DNA of 64,000 bases from an uncultured Desulfatitalea sp. (GCA_963668675.2 CAXXMB010000002.1:352001-416000), one strand, 5' to 3'. Counted from the first letter of the stretch, positions 20,297-31,531 are shown. Numbers and translations: made by a program. Notes: generated by a model not told the origin, from the sequence alone.

Positions 20297-20899
20297 ATGG
20301 ATACTATTCGATTGATCATTGTAGCCGTTGGCGGCCAGGGCAACCTGCTGGCCTCCAAAGTATTGGGTGAAGCAGCCCTGCTGGCCGGTGTGCCGGTGCG
20401 TATGAGCGAAATCCACGGCATGGCCCAGCGCGGAGGCGTGGTCGAATCGGCCATTGTATTCGGAGATGCCAAAAGTAACATCATCTCCGACGCCGAAGCG
20501 GATATCCTGCTGGGTTTCGAACCCTCGGAAACCCTGCGGGCCCTAAACAAATGCAACCGGGAAACGGTGGTGATTACCAACATGTCACCCGTACCGCCGT
20601 TCACCGTGGCCATCGGCAAGGGAACCTATCCGGAATTGGAGCACATTCAAAAGCTTATCCAGTCCAAGACCAAGCGCCTGGTCGCATTTGACGCTATCTC
20701 GCTGGCCAAGTCAGCAGGCAATGTGATGGCGCTCAACATCGTCCTGCTGGGCGCCTTGATACAGACCCAATGCCTGCCGATTGCGTCCGAACAGCTCGAA
20801 GAGGCGATCCGCAGCAAAACCAAGGCCGCATTTGTCGAGACCAACCTGAAGGCATTTCGTTTGGGGTTCGATGCCGCCAAGCAGGCAATTGGCGCATGA
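20297..20899 (+). CDS. iorB: Indolepyruvate:ferredoxin oxidoreductase beta subunit
   Basis: VGGQGNLLAS, SEIHGMAQRGG, NLKAF.LG; directly follows iorA. Confidence 0.94.
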   Translation: MDTIRLIIVAVGGQGNLLASKVLGEAALLAGVPVRMSEIHGMAQRGGVVESAIVFGDAKSNIISDAEADILLGFEPSETLRALNKCNRETVVITNMSPVPPFTVAIGKGTYPELEHIQKLIQSKTKRLVAFDAISLAKSAGNVMALNIVLLGALIQTQCLPIASEQLEEAIRSKTKAAFVETNLKAFRLGFDAAKQAIGA

Positions 20900-21006
20900 C
20901 ACGCTTCTCTTGCACCTAATGGTTCACAACTCCGGGCCCATAGATATCTTGTTGATAAAAATCAGTTATATCTATTGCCTGCGAAAAACACCTGAAGGTA
21001 CCGGAA

Positions 21007-21903
21007 ATGCAGCCCGATTATCTATCCCTATTAGCCAATATTCGTGACGGTGTCTATTTCACCGATACGGATCGACGCATCACCTACTGGAACAAAGCAG
21101 CGGAACACATTACCGGATACAGCGCCTCCGAGGTTGTCGGGCATCGCTGCCGGGATAATATCCTCATCCACGTGGATGATAAAGGGCGTAGCTTGTGCAA
21201 AGGCCGCTGCCCCCTAGCCGCAAGCATGATGGATCTGCAACCCAGAAATGCACGGGTCTTTTTGCATCACAAAGAGGGCCACCGGGTGCCGGTGCATGTG
21301 CGCTGCGCTCCCCTGACCGATGGTGACGGCAACTTGGCGGGGGGTGCCGAATTTTTCACCGATATCAGTAGCCAAGAGGCCTTGGAAATCCGTATCAAGG
21401 AGCTGGAAAGCCTGGCACTTCTGGATGCATTGACCCAGTTGCCCAACCGCAACCACTTGATCCCCGAACTGGAATCCCGCCTCCAGGAGAAGGTACGCTT
21501 GGGTTTGACCTTCGGTCTGTTATTTATGGACATCGACCACTTTAAACGGTTCAATGACACTTATGGCCATGACGCTGGCGACGAAGTGCTGCGCACGGTG
21601 GCCAAAACCATCACATCTGCGGTACGCCCATTTGATCTGGCGGGCCGCTGGGGTGGCGAGGAGCTTATCTGCATCGTCCGTAACGTGACCCCAGGGGAGC
21701 AATTGATGGGCATCGCCAATCGCTTGCGCAGGCTCATCGCAACATCGACCGTTCGAGCTAAAGATCAGATTCTGAGCGTCACTGTGTCCATGGGCGCCAC
21801 GATGGCGGTGGAATCCGACAACGTCGAAAGTCTGGTGAAACGTGCGGACCTGCTCATGTACAAAAGCAAAAAAAGTGGCCGCAACCAGGTTACATTGGGA
21901 TAG
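21007..21903 (+). CDS. PAS-GGDEF diguanylate cyclase (GGEEL)
   Basis: PAS with Cys-containing loop; DALTQLPNR, DIDHFKRFNDTYGH..GD, RWGGEEL, RPFD I-site. Confidence 0.92.
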   Translation: MQPDYLSLLANIRDGVYFTDTDRRITYWNKAAEHITGYSASEVVGHRCRDNILIHVDDKGRSLCKGRCPLAASMMDLQPRNARVFLHHKEGHRVPVHVRCAPLTDGDGNLAGGAEFFTDISSQEALEIRIKELESLALLDALTQLPNRNHLIPELESRLQEKVRLGLTFGLLFMDIDHFKRFNDTYGHDAGDEVLRTVAKTITSAVRPFDLAGRWGGEELICIVRNVTPGEQLMGIANRLRRLIATSTVRAKDQILSVTVSMGATMAVESDNVESLVKRADLLMYKSKKSGRNQVTLG

Positions 21904-21985
21904 TGCCCGCTGTGCAGGTAGCTGTATGCCTTAAAAGCAATGTCGCAGCCACGCACCGGCAGGCTGCCTCGAAGTCGAAAGCCTT

Positions 21986-23116
21986 ATGATGCAAAGGGGG
22001 CGAAAAAGATTGGTCGACATCTTTTGTAAAAGGCGGTGGCGGTATCTCGGCTTGCTGATACCGTGCATACAAATGCTGTTATGCTGCGGTCTTTGCGAAG
22101 CAGACATCTATAAATACCAGAAAGATGGTGTCTGGTACTATACGGACACCCCTCCGAAAGAGCTGCCTCCCGACAGTGAGACCATGATAGAGATTGCGCG
22201 GCAAGTGCCTGCGCAGGGGAGCGACGGTGAAACGCTGTTGGCCGACTTTCCGGCCGGCAATGCCATTGAACACGCCGCCACGGCAACCGTTGCAGTAAAA
22301 AGCACTCTGGGATACGGCAGCGGCTTCTTCATCTCGTCCCAGGGGCACATCATCACCAACAAGCACGTGGTCCGCGCCACCGCCGCCCAATCACAAAAAA
22401 ATGAAAACTATTTCAATACCGTCGAAAACCGGATCTCCGAGTTGGACAAGAAGTTCGCCGACGAACGGAACCGCCTGGCGCAATATCGCGACCGGATCGA
22501 TCGCCTGAAAAGGGCCGCAGAAGTGGAATCCGACCCGATACGAAGAGAATCCTACCGGGAAGATTATGAAGCGAACTCGCAAAGGTATGAAACGTGGCGC
22601 AGCGATCTGGGCAAACGAGAAAAAAAATATAAGGTTGAAAAGAAAAAATTCAGGGACGGCCGTCAGAATTTTATCTACAGTAAAAGCCTGGCCAATCTTT
22701 CTCAGCGCTTCACCATTGTGCTGGCCGACCAAACCGAACGCTATGCCCGCCTGTTAAAAATCAGCAAAGCCCACGACCTGGCCCTGCTCAAACTGGACGG
22801 CTACAGCACCCCGGCACTCACCCCCGCTTCGACCCATCAACTCAGGCAAACCGACCCGGTATACGCCATCGGCAATCCGGCCAAACAGCACAACTCGGTC
22901 ACCTCGGGCGTTTTTTCAGGTTTCGAAAAAGGCTTTTTGCAGACCAATGCACAGATCTATCCTGGCAACAGCGGCGGCCCACTGGTGACAGAAGATGGTC
23001 GGGTTGTGGGAATCAACACCTTTAAAAAGTTGACCCACAAATTTGAAGGCTTGGGGTTTGCGATTCCCATAGAAGTGGCCCTGAAAGAGTTCAGCGAACA
23101 TCTCCCCTTGAAGTAG
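21986..23116 (+). CDS. Trypsin-like (S1C) serine protease with N-terminal DUF4124-like domain
   Basis: ADIYKYQKDGVWYYTDTPP; GSGFFI, TNKHV (His), HDLALL (Asp), PGNSGGPL (Ser). Start uncertain. Confidence 0.88.
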   Translation: MMQRGRKRLVDIFCKRRWRYLGLLIPCIQMLLCCGLCEADIYKYQKDGVWYYTDTPPKELPPDSETMIEIARQVPAQGSDGETLLADFPAGNAIEHAATATVAVKSTLGYGSGFFISSQGHIITNKHVVRATAAQSQKNENYFNTVENRISELDKKFADERNRLAQYRDRIDRLKRAAEVESDPIRRESYREDYEANSQRYETWRSDLGKREKKYKVEKKKFRDGRQNFIYSKSLANLSQRFTIVLADQTERYARLLKISKAHDLALLKLDGYSTPALTPASTHQLRQTDPVYAIGNPAKQHNSVTSGVFSGFEKGFLQTNAQIYPGNSGGPLVTEDGRVVGINTFKKLTHKFEGLGFAIPIEVALKEFSEHLPLK

Positions 23117-23207
23117 CGGTCGTCGGGTCAACAGCACAACTTTGAACGGAGATCGCCCCCTTATCAAGGAGGAGATGGAAAAGGCGCGTAATGCTTCTTT
23201 CCGTCTC

Positions 23208-24227
23208 TTATAACCGCCAGCCCCAATACTCGAGGAATCGGGCAAAATCCCACATATCCGAATCGCTCCGCCGCCACGGTTTCAGACTCGTATAAAAATG
23301 GTTGCCGTAAACCTCCGGATCACCATAAATCTTGTCGGTCCCTACAAAAAAATCGAGGCTGATCGCGCTCATCAGCAAGGTTTCAAACAGCTTGACCGAG
23401 CCTTTCACATGCCCCCGGAGAAACCCCTCATCGTAGTAGAAACTGGTCGTCTCCTGGCCGTATGGCAATTTCAACAGGGCCGCCATGGGGAGCGGACGCA
23501 TGGGGATCGAAGCGTAGCGGCTGCCACGCAGTCGATCCGATGGCACCACCTCCAGTTTCATGACGCGGTGCAGATCCGGGCGCAGATGGACCAGCACCCG
23601 GGGTTGTTCCACCGAACGGTAATTCAATTGGGGCGTGAGGGTTTCGCCATACACATCCATCGGCCGCGCCTGCCACCCTTCGGGCAGGGAGGATTCGGGC
23701 AGATGGTCTGTTGGAATGATGGCCAGGTAACAGCCGCAGGTATGCACGGTGGTGACCAGCACCGGCTCCTGACGTTGGTTCAGCGTGACGACCACCATCA
23801 GGCCCACATTACTGCCGGCAGTGAGATTAAAGGGGATCAGGCTGTAGGGAATGGCGGGAAAATGAACCCGATAGATCAGATTATGATAGCGACCCTTATC
23901 GGTCACAAAATCCCGCTGCATAAAAAAAATCGCCGGCTGGTCGGGATTGATCTCGATCGCTTCGTTGCCGCCGCCGGTCCGCCGGGCCACCGGCTGTCCG
24001 ATTCGGTTATGGGGTTCGGCGTGCCCATAGGTCACAAAGGCGGGCGCCCACCGGCGCACCTGTTCATCTGGAACCGCCCCTGTCTCACCGATTTCATAGA
24101 CCGTCAGGGGCGTCTCTTCAGGCAACGGCCTGATACCGGCACACCCCTGCCAAAACACCAGTGAAATGATGATCAGCAACCAGGCCAATCGTGTCGCTCG
24201 GTTATGATTTGACATCGGATTCACCAT
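23208..24227 (-). CDS. Hypothetical lipoprotein
   Basis: Hydrophobic signal with lipobox-like WQGC; VHTCGCY motif; 339-aa ORF. Confidence 0.75.
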   Translation of the reverse strand: MVNPMSNHNRATRLAWLLIIISLVFWQGCAGIRPLPEETPLTVYEIGETGAVPDEQVRRWAPAFVTYGHAEPHNRIGQPVARRTGGGNEAIEINPDQPAIFFMQRDFVTDKGRYHNLIYRVHFPAIPYSLIPFNLTAGSNVGLMVVVTLNQRQEPVLVTTVHTCGCYLAIIPTDHLPESSLPEGWQARPMDVYGETLTPQLNYRSVEQPRVLVHLRPDLHRVMKLEVVPSDRLRGSRYASIPMRPLPMAALLKLPYGQETTSFYYDEGFLRGHVKGSVKLFETLLMSAISLDFFVGTDKIYGDPEVYGNHFYTSLKPWRRSDSDMWDFARFLEYWGWRL

Positions 24228-24300
24228 TTGTAAGATAGCGCGTTAACGCGATTTGTGAACACAGCAAAACCTTTGATAACACTAAAACATAAAAACGGCC

Positions 24301-25170
24301 ATGTCATCACAACAGCATTTTTCAAAAAATAGCGTCACTCCATCTCTCAAGGTGCCTGGCGAAGTCTACCTGTGTCAGGTGAACGAAAAGGTCTCCTGCG
24401 GCGCCTGTTGCGGACTGTACAACGTTGCCGACACGTCCAAGACCACTCTTACTGCTATGCTGAAACATCGCAGCGACCAGTTTCGAAGTACCCCTCGAAC
24501 TGTTGCATCCATCGATGATTTCGTTCGCATGGTTCAAAAGATAGAGCCTCAGCAACGGCCATTTCCCCAGTTTCACCACTGTCCGTTCATCGGTCTCATC
24601 GGCGAGGGAGAACAGCGGGTGGGTTGCCTGCTGCACCCCCTTGGCCAGGGAAACGACGGCGTCGATTTTCGCGGATTGAGCTACTATGGCGGCCTGGCCT
24701 GCAGAACCTATTTCTGCCCGTCAACCCACGCGCTTCCGGCCCGCTTCAAACGGATTCTGTGCACCTGTATGGAGGATTGGTACGCCTATGGGCTAATCGT
24801 CACCGAGTCGGCCCTGTTGAGAGCCCTGTTCCACAGTCTGGAGGCCATGCTCGGCCGCCCCCTGGTGCCAACCCTTTTCGAGAAGAACCCGCAAGCCGGG
24901 CAACGCCTGTCTGAACTGCTCCAGCTCAAGATCGACTGGCCCCATCGCCCCCCTGATGCCGATACGCCCTGCCACCACTTCTTCCTTGACGCCAGCTATG
25001 ATAAACCGGCCATCGACTACACGGCCCTCGGTGTACCCGTCTCGACCTTCGATGATATCCTCGTTGAACTGGTATCGGGATTCCATAAACCGGAGGAGTT
25101 GACCGACGCAGAGACGCGCATTGAAATGGCGCTTGTATCTGTTGCTGCGGCGCTTGAATCATCAATTTGA
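24301..25170 (+). CDS. Cys-rich hypothetical protein (possible Fe-S/Zn cluster)
   Basis: YLC...SCGACCGLYN, HCPFIG, VGCLLHP, ACRTYFCPS. Confidence 0.75.
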   Translation: MSSQQHFSKNSVTPSLKVPGEVYLCQVNEKVSCGACCGLYNVADTSKTTLTAMLKHRSDQFRSTPRTVASIDDFVRMVQKIEPQQRPFPQFHHCPFIGLIGEGEQRVGCLLHPLGQGNDGVDFRGLSYYGGLACRTYFCPSTHALPARFKRILCTCMEDWYAYGLIVTESALLRALFHSLEAMLGRPLVPTLFEKNPQAGQRLSELLQLKIDWPHRPPDADTPCHHFFLDASYDKPAIDYTALGVPVSTFDDILVELVSGFHKPEELTDAETRIEMALVSVAAALESSI

Positions 25171-25203
25171 CATCCGGCGATTTATGTCAATCCATTTAGA
25201 GTA

Positions 25204-26193
25204 ATGCACATACACAACTTAGATAAATGGGCTCACGCCCACAATTTCCAAATTCAGGACCGGGCCAGCGAACGCCGCGTGTTGTGGGTGGTAGTACTGA
25301 CCCTCTTCACCATGGCCGCCGAAATTTCCGCCGGCATCCTCTTCGGCTCGATGGCACTTCTGGCGGACGGATGGCACATGGGCACCCACGCCGCTGCTTT
25401 GGGAATTACGGCCCTGGCTTACCGCCTCGCACGCAAACACGCCCAGGATCGACGCTTCACCTTCGGCACGGGAAAAATCGGTGTATTGGGCGGTTACAGC
25501 AGCGCAATCGTCTTGGCAGTGGTCGCCCTGCTCATGGCCGTCGAATCACTGGAGCGGCTCTTCCATCCTCAGTCGATACGGTTTAACGAAGCATTGATGG
25601 TGGCCGTACTGGGATTGGTTGTCAACCTGGTCAGCGCCCTGATGCTCCAAAAACCGCATCACCAAGAAGGGCCACACGTCAGCGATGAAGTGCATGAACA
25701 TCACCATGATCATCACCACCATCATGCCGGACACGACCACAACATGCGCAGCGCCTATATGCACGTCATCGCTGACGCGCTCACATCGCTGCTGGCCATC
25801 GCCGCTCTGATCGCCGGTAAAATGTGGAACTGGATCTGGATGGATGCCATGATGGGAATTGTGGGGGCCGTCATCATCGGCTATTGGGCCCGCGGCCTTT
25901 TGAGAGATACAGCAAGCATCCTTCTCGACCGGGTAAATGACCAACAGATCATAGAGCGCGTATACACCCTCATCGAATCCGATGCCGACAATCGCATTGC
26001 TGACCTGCACATATGGAACATCGGGTCTAACCAGATGGCCGCCATCGTCTCCATTGTCACCCACTCCGCCCGTCCGCCCGACCATTACAAACAGCTGCTC
26101 GCACCCATTGAAGCGTTGGCACACCTCACTGTCGAGGTCATAGACTGTCAGACAGAATCGTGTATCCCCGTCGACGGCAACGTTGCCAAATAG
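25204..26193 (+). CDS. dmeF: CDF family Co/Ni efflux transporter, DmeF-like
   Basis: GSMALLADGWHM.TH, RFTFGTGK, His-rich loop HEHHHDHHHHHAGHDHN, AYMHVIADALTS, DLHIW. Confidence 0.9.
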   Translation: MHIHNLDKWAHAHNFQIQDRASERRVLWVVVLTLFTMAAEISAGILFGSMALLADGWHMGTHAAALGITALAYRLARKHAQDRRFTFGTGKIGVLGGYSSAIVLAVVALLMAVESLERLFHPQSIRFNEALMVAVLGLVVNLVSALMLQKPHHQEGPHVSDEVHEHHHDHHHHHAGHDHNMRSAYMHVIADALTSLLAIAALIAGKMWNWIWMDAMMGIVGAVIIGYWARGLLRDTASILLDRVNDQQIIERVYTLIESDADNRIADLHIWNIGSNQMAAIVSIVTHSARPPDHYKQLLAPIEALAHLTVEVIDCQTESCIPVDGNVAK

Positions 26194-26318
26194 GTGGGTT
26201 TGTTTTAATAACGGAGAGCATGCTGCAACTGCTTCGCTCTAGCAGCAAGTGACATCCTTTGGATCTTGAAATCAAAAAACAACCCAGGGGGCCGACCCAA
26301 CGCCTGGCAATAGAAACG

Positions 26319-27233
26319 ATGCAACAGCGATACTACGACTTAAATACCTATTTCAAAAATATTTTTGGATGCAGGGTGCATAAACTGACGGTGGACGCCG
26401 GGCTCACCTGTCCCAACCGGGACGGCAGCCTGGGACGCGGTGGGTGCATCTACTGCAACGAACGCGGTTCGGGCACCGGGGCGCGTGTAAAAGGGCTCTC
26501 CATCACCGAGCAGCTTGAAGCCAGCAAAGCGCCGGTGGCCAAGCGCTTCAAGGCCAAAAAATTCATGGCCTATTTCCAGTCGTTCTCCAACACCTATGCA
26601 CCCCTTGAGCAGCTCCGGAGCATGTATGATGAGGCTTTGGCCGTGTCCAATATCGTGGGGCTGGCCATCGGTACACGGCCCGATTGTGTGGACGATGCCA
26701 AATTGTCGCTGCTGGAGCAATATGCCCGCGACCACCTGATCTGGTTGGAGTACGGCCTGCAGTCGGCCCACGATCAAACCCTGGCCGCCATTAACCGCGG
26801 CCACGACGTGGCCGCTTTCAAAACAGCGGTAATGGCTACGGTCGGCAGAGGGATCAACATCTGCGCCCACATGATCCTCGGCCTGCCGGGCGAGACGGCC
26901 GACCATATGCGCGCCACTGCTGATTATATCGCCAGGTTACCCATAGACGGCATCAAATTGCACCTGCTCTATGTGGTGAAGGAAACCCCCATGGCAACAC
27001 TTTACCGCTCGGGCACATATCGCTGCCTCGATCAGTGGGAGTATGTTGATCTGGTCTGTGATGTCATTGAACGGTTGCCCAGGCATGTGGTCATTCAGAG
27101 GTTGACCGGAGATCCCCACCCCAAAGAGCTGCTGGCTCCCCGTTGGGCATTGGAAAAAAACCAAACCCTCCATATGATACAAGAGCGCATGCACCGACGG
27201 GACACACATCAAGGTAAGATATTGATTGCATGA
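26319..27233 (+). CDS. Radical SAM protein, YhcC/TIGR01212 family
   Basis: CPNRDG..GRGGCIYC, YFQSFSNTY, IGTRPDC, EYGLQS, GIKLHLLYV, QRLTGD. Confidence 0.92.
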   Translation: MQQRYYDLNTYFKNIFGCRVHKLTVDAGLTCPNRDGSLGRGGCIYCNERGSGTGARVKGLSITEQLEASKAPVAKRFKAKKFMAYFQSFSNTYAPLEQLRSMYDEALAVSNIVGLAIGTRPDCVDDAKLSLLEQYARDHLIWLEYGLQSAHDQTLAAINRGHDVAAFKTAVMATVGRGINICAHMILGLPGETADHMRATADYIARLPIDGIKLHLLYVVKETPMATLYRSGTYRCLDQWEYVDLVCDVIERLPRHVVIQRLTGDPHPKELLAPRWALEKNQTLHMIQERMHRRDTHQGKILIA

Positions 27234-27306
27234 GATTAAACAAAATCAAAAACGATCGGAAACAAACGTGCCCCATAACGTTTGCTGAATTAGCAAAAGG
27301 TACAAT

Positions 27307-27340
27307 AAAAAAGGGCGCCCCCTCTAAGAAGGGGCGCCCT
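27307..27340 (-). terminator. Rho-independent terminator of the cold-shock gene
   Basis: AGGGCGCCCC/GGGGCGCCCT 10-bp stem with A-run on its left (U-tail on minus strand). Confidence 0.8.
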
Positions 27341-27361
27341 CAAAATTTAGGCCGTCGCTAT

Positions 27362-27565
27362 TTACTGTACAGTCACATTGACTGCCGAAGGTCCCTTGGG
27401 ACCCTGCTGGATATCGAAGGTGACTTTTTCGCCTTCGTTGAGCGACTTGAAACCACTGGCGTTGATACCGGTGTGATGTACGAATACATCCGGACCGCCA
27501 TCTTCCTGCTCAATAAATCCATAACCTTTGCTGCTATTAAACCACTTTACTGTTCCACTTGGCAT
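27362..27565 (-). CDS. csp: Cold-shock protein (CspA family)
   Basis: [15 protein letters not shown] (RNP1), DVFVHH (RNP2), [20 protein letters not shown]. Confidence 0.97.
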   Translation of the reverse strand: MPSGTVKWFNSSKGYGFIEQEDGGPDVFVHHTGINASGFKSLNEGEKVTFDIQQGPKGPSAVNVTVQ

Positions 27566-27968
27566 AGTAACATCCTCCTTTCTTAAATAATTCTCAAAGC
27601 TTCAAACTTGAGGATGTCACCTGGAACTCATCGGACTTTCCTTAAGCACGAAACTGCCCGCCAATGAAGATCGGGCCTTTATTGATTGAAAGTACAGTAG
27701 CACTTTCTTAGCGAAAATCAAGTATTTTATGTTCTTTACCAGTTTTTTTACATGCCGGGCGGCAGCGGCATCGAAGTGAAAATGGCATCCGAAATCATCA
27801 CCCTTTATCTTTCGTCACCCGGCACCCAACCGACGTTCGACTTCAGGCCGACGCGATATGTTACCTTTTACATACAGGCGTCCATGCTTATCATTCTAAA
27901 AACAGTGTCATCGACTAAACCGCCATCCGCACCTCCCATAGTATAAATGTCAATCAAAGGAGAGGGTT

Positions 27969-28448
27969 ATGAAAACGGCAGAAGACATATTGAACAACAA
28001 GGGGCCCGGCCCCATCATCAGCGTCGCGCCTGACCGGTTGCTGTCGGATGCCATCGCCAAAATGAACGATGCCAATATCGGCGCCATCCTTGTTGAAGAT
28101 AAGGGTGAAATCGTCGGCATCTGGACGGAGCGTGACTTGCTGCGGGCTGCCAACCGCCCCGATTTTCGACCGGACTCGGCTGCCATAGGCGATCATATGC
28201 AATCCAAACTGCACAGCGCCAACTTCGACACCTCGGTTGAACAGCTGGAGGAGATGTTTCTCGGGCTATATATTCGCCACATCCTCATCAAAAAGGAGGA
28301 CCGCTTCATCGGGCTGCTCTCCATCGGCGACGTACTGCGGGCCAGCCTCCTGGGTAAGGACAAGCAGATCAAAAAACTCAACTCCATCGCCAGCTGGCAA
28401 TATTATGAAAACTGGGGTTGGGATCGAAAAAAACGCGGTGAATCTTAG
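27969..28448 (+). CDS. CBS-pair protein
   Basis: VGIWTERDL and IRHILI..GLLSIGDV CBS motifs; AAGGAGAGG RBS. Confidence 0.9.
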   Translation: MKTAEDILNNKGPGPIISVAPDRLLSDAIAKMNDANIGAILVEDKGEIVGIWTERDLLRAANRPDFRPDSAAIGDHMQSKLHSANFDTSVEQLEEMFLGLYIRHILIKKEDRFIGLLSIGDVLRASLLGKDKQIKKLNSIASWQYYENWGWDRKKRGES

Positions 28449-29585
28449 CTATCGGTAGAGCTGAGACTCACCTATTCGCGCCTGGGAATGAGGTGCGGCA
28501 ACCACTGAAGCCAAATGGTCTGACGAAGAGAAGCGGGATAACTCGCCGAGTGTCCCATCCTGTTCGGAGCCTTCCTGGTGATCGCGATGGCGACCGGCTC
28601 CTTTCGGTTGCGGTGAAAATGCCCATCCATAAACCCCACTGCGGTCGAAATAGTAGCTCACCACACGCCCCTGGCTCTCCTGGCAGGTCCATACCTCTAT
28701 GGATCGACGTTTGGCAGGCCGATGGGAGAGCGGCCGCGCGCCGAACAGGCGCAGGTACTCATGTGCCTGGGAGGCGAACCGGATGACGATGGGCCGATCT
28801 TCATCCCGCCCCATCTCCGATGTGACAGCGCCTTTGGCCACATCTTCCTGGGCGGTCAGACGCCCCAGAAAATCACGGGCGTCCACATTAAAGGGGTCGA
28901 TGGTGAGGGCCGAGCGCAGATGGGCCTTTATTGAAGTAGCGGGAATGCCGGCGTAAAAGCCTGCGATACCGTAAGCGGCGTGCCAACTCGCCACCTGATC
29001 TCCACCCTGCTCCCGGGCGGAGTGCAGCACGCCCAAGGCTCCATTGATATCACGCCGGCGAAGCTTGGACTTGGCATCTTGAACCAGTGCTTCCACGGCC
29101 ACCCGGTCGGCATTGACGCGTTGGTCTTTGCCCTTCAGCCGCCCCGAGACCACCTGGGCCAGATAGATCTCCACCCGCCGGTTCAAGGCGCGTCCGGCCT
29201 GGGTCTTGTTGTCTCCGACCGGGTTCTCGTCTCCCCTGCCCATGGCGACCACATTCCGGCCATCCATTCCGAGTCCGCTGACAATCTCTTTTCGGACGTT
29301 TTGGGCGCGCTGGTAGGAGAGGTCGATATTCTTCTCGGACTCGCCGCTGTTGTCGGAATGACCGACCACCAGGATTTTGTCTCCCGCTTTCAAGCCGCAT
29401 TCACCAAGGTAGTGACGTAATCTGGCGCGATCACTGTCGCCAACCGCCGTCTTGCCGTTGTCGAATCGGACCACCAGGGGAGCCCCTTCGATGATGGCCG
29501 CCTCTTGTTCGGCGACGCACAGACCGGCCACCCCCAGCACGAGGATCATACCAAAAAACCGACAGATATAGCTTGCTGCACCCAT
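28449..29585 (-). CDS. OmpA-family peptidoglycan-binding protein with TPR-like helical region
   Basis: Signal peptide; VVGHSD..G...N..LS.QRA..V, G.G...P...N.T..GRA.NRRVEI. Confidence 0.87.
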   Translation of the reverse strand: MGAASYICRFFGMILVLGVAGLCVAEQEAAIIEGAPLVVRFDNGKTAVGDSDRARLRHYLGECGLKAGDKILVVGHSDNSGESEKNIDLSYQRAQNVRKEIVSGLGMDGRNVVAMGRGDENPVGDNKTQAGRALNRRVEIYLAQVVSGRLKGKDQRVNADRVAVEALVQDAKSKLRRRDINGALGVLHSAREQGGDQVASWHAAYGIAGFYAGIPATSIKAHLRSALTIDPFNVDARDFLGRLTAQEDVAKGAVTSEMGRDEDRPIVIRFASQAHEYLRLFGARPLSHRPAKRRSIEVWTCQESQGRVVSYYFDRSGVYGWAFSPQPKGAGRHRDHQEGSEQDGTLGELSRFSSSDHLASVVAAPHSQARIGESQLYR

Positions 29586-29722
29586 AGACCGCATTCCCTT
29601 CTTCTCCGTCCGAAACAATGGCGCTCTTCACGTCTGGTATCGGCTCGAAACGCTTCGGACTTAAGGGCGCGCCGCGATGCGGCCCTCTTCTATGGGTGTC
29701 GCGTCAGGAGGGGAAAACCATT

Positions 29723-31363
29723 TCAGACAGGATTGAACCGTTTGGCCAACGGGTAGCGGCGCCCCTCTCCGAACGCCTTGGGCGTCACCTTGAGCCCGGG
29801 TGCGGCCTGATGACGCTTGTACTCATTGCGGTCCACGCGGGCAGTGATGTCCGCCACCGCCTGGGGATCGTGGCCGGCAGCCACCAACTCATCGGCAGAC
29901 ATGACCCGCTCCACGTACCCCTCCAGGATGGCATCGATCACTTCGTACGGCGGCAGGTCGTCCTGATCGGTCTGATCGGGCTTGAGTTCGGCTGAGGGAG
30001 CCTTATCCAGAATCCGCCGGGGGATCACCTCGCCGCTGCTATTGATCAGGCGACTGATCTCATAGACGAGGGTTTTGGGAACATCGGATATGACGGCCAG
30101 TCCGCCGTTCATGTCGCCATAGAGGGTACAGTACCCCACCGCCAGCTCGCTCTTGTTGCCCGTGGAGAGCACCAGGCAGCCGTCCCGGTTGGAGACGCCC
30201 ATGAGCAGGGTGCCGCGAATCCTGGCCTGCAGGTTCTGTTCGGTGAGCGACAGCTCGGCCGCATCGGCATCGGGAACCAGCAAACGGGTAAACCCCTGGT
30301 ACAGTTCGTCGATGGGGATGATGGTGTGGTCGACCCCTAAATTGTCGGCCAGCCGGCGGGTATCCTCGTAGTTGTCCTGGGACGTGTACTGCGACGGCAT
30401 GAAGATGGTCGCCACGCTCTGCGCTCCCAGCGCTTTGACGGCGATATATGCGGTCAGGGCCGAATCGATGCCGCCCGACAGCCCAATGAGCGCCTTGCGA
30501 AATCCGCATTTGGTCACATAGTCGCGTGTTCCCATGATCAGGGCTTGGAGCACGGCCTCAGTTTCCGAACCGCAGACCGGATGAAGCTCTCCCTCACCGC
30601 TGACCATATCGTACACCACCATGTCCTCTACAAATTCAGAGGCCCGGGCCACAATTTGTCCGTTGGCATCGAAAACAGCGCTGGCCCCGTCGAACAGGAT
30701 ATGGTCGTTTCCGCCGACCTGATTGCAGAACACGAAGGTGACGTTGTGCTTACGGGCCAAGCCGGAGAGCATGCTGTCACGAAACTCCCGCTTGCCCTTG
30801 TGAAACGGCGATGCGGAAATATTAATCAACAGGTCCGCCCCCTCCTCTACCAGCTGGGCCACCGGATCGCGGCGGTAGAGGTGGTGGTGGAACACGTCCT
30901 TGTCGTTCCAAGCATCTTCGCAAATTGTCAGCCCGATGCGGCGCCCCTTGTAGACCAATGGACGGGTCGGTTCCCCCGGTTCGAAGTGGCGCTGCTCATC
31001 GAAGACATCGTAGGTCGGTAAAAGCTGTTTATTGGCCTGGTGCAGAACCCGGCCATCCTCGAACAGCACGGCCGTGTTAAAGAGCGCCTTGCCGGCCTCA
31101 TCCGGGTTACCGGTCACCAGCCCGCAGATCACCCCAATACCACGAATCTTTTTCACCAGTGCCGCCAGACACTTCTCATTGGCCTCCAAAAAAGCCCTCT
31201 GTTCCAGAAGATCCCGCGGCGGATATCCACACAGGACCAATTCCGGAAAGACGGCCAGGTCACACCCCCGGTCCTTTGCGCGTTCGCAACCCGCGACGAT
31301 CATATCGAATTGACGCTTGAAATCACCGATCAGCGGATTCATTTGAAGGATGGCAACTCTCAT
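29723..31363 (-). CDS. nadE: Glutamine-dependent NAD+ synthetase
   Basis: Nitrilase domain ([17 protein letters not shown]) plus [34 protein letters not shown]. Confidence 0.96.
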   Translation of the reverse strand: MRVAILQMNPLIGDFKRQFDMIVAGCERAKDRGCDLAVFPELVLCGYPPRDLLEQRAFLEANEKCLAALVKKIRGIGVICGLVTGNPDEAGKALFNTAVLFEDGRVLHQANKQLLPTYDVFDEQRHFEPGEPTRPLVYKGRRIGLTICEDAWNDKDVFHHHLYRRDPVAQLVEEGADLLINISASPFHKGKREFRDSMLSGLARKHNVTFVFCNQVGGNDHILFDGASAVFDANGQIVARASEFVEDMVVYDMVSGEGELHPVCGSETEAVLQALIMGTRDYVTKCGFRKALIGLSGGIDSALTAYIAVKALGAQSVATIFMPSQYTSQDNYEDTRRLADNLGVDHTIIPIDELYQGFTRLLVPDADAAELSLTEQNLQARIRGTLLMGVSNRDGCLVLSTGNKSELAVGYCTLYGDMNGGLAVISDVPKTLVYEISRLINSSGEVIPRRILDKAPSAELKPDQTDQDDLPPYEVIDAILEGYVERVMSADELVAAGHDPQAVADITARVDRNEYKRHQAAPGLKVTPKAFGEGRRYPLAKRFNPV

Positions 31364-31531
31364 GCTCAACACCTGTCCTTTCTATCTGATATAGGACGCA
31401 ATCGACACTCTATTACCCAGGTTGGCGCTAAAATGCAATTTGGATCATATCTGAGTTGCGTTTCCAAATCGTACACGAACATGATAATGACAATGGGATT
31501 ATATGACCAACATGCCTGGGAGGAGAACACC

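Noticed and set aside
25688..25742. CAT/CAC triplet repeats
   Set aside because: They encode the His-rich loop normal for DmeF-type CDF transporters.
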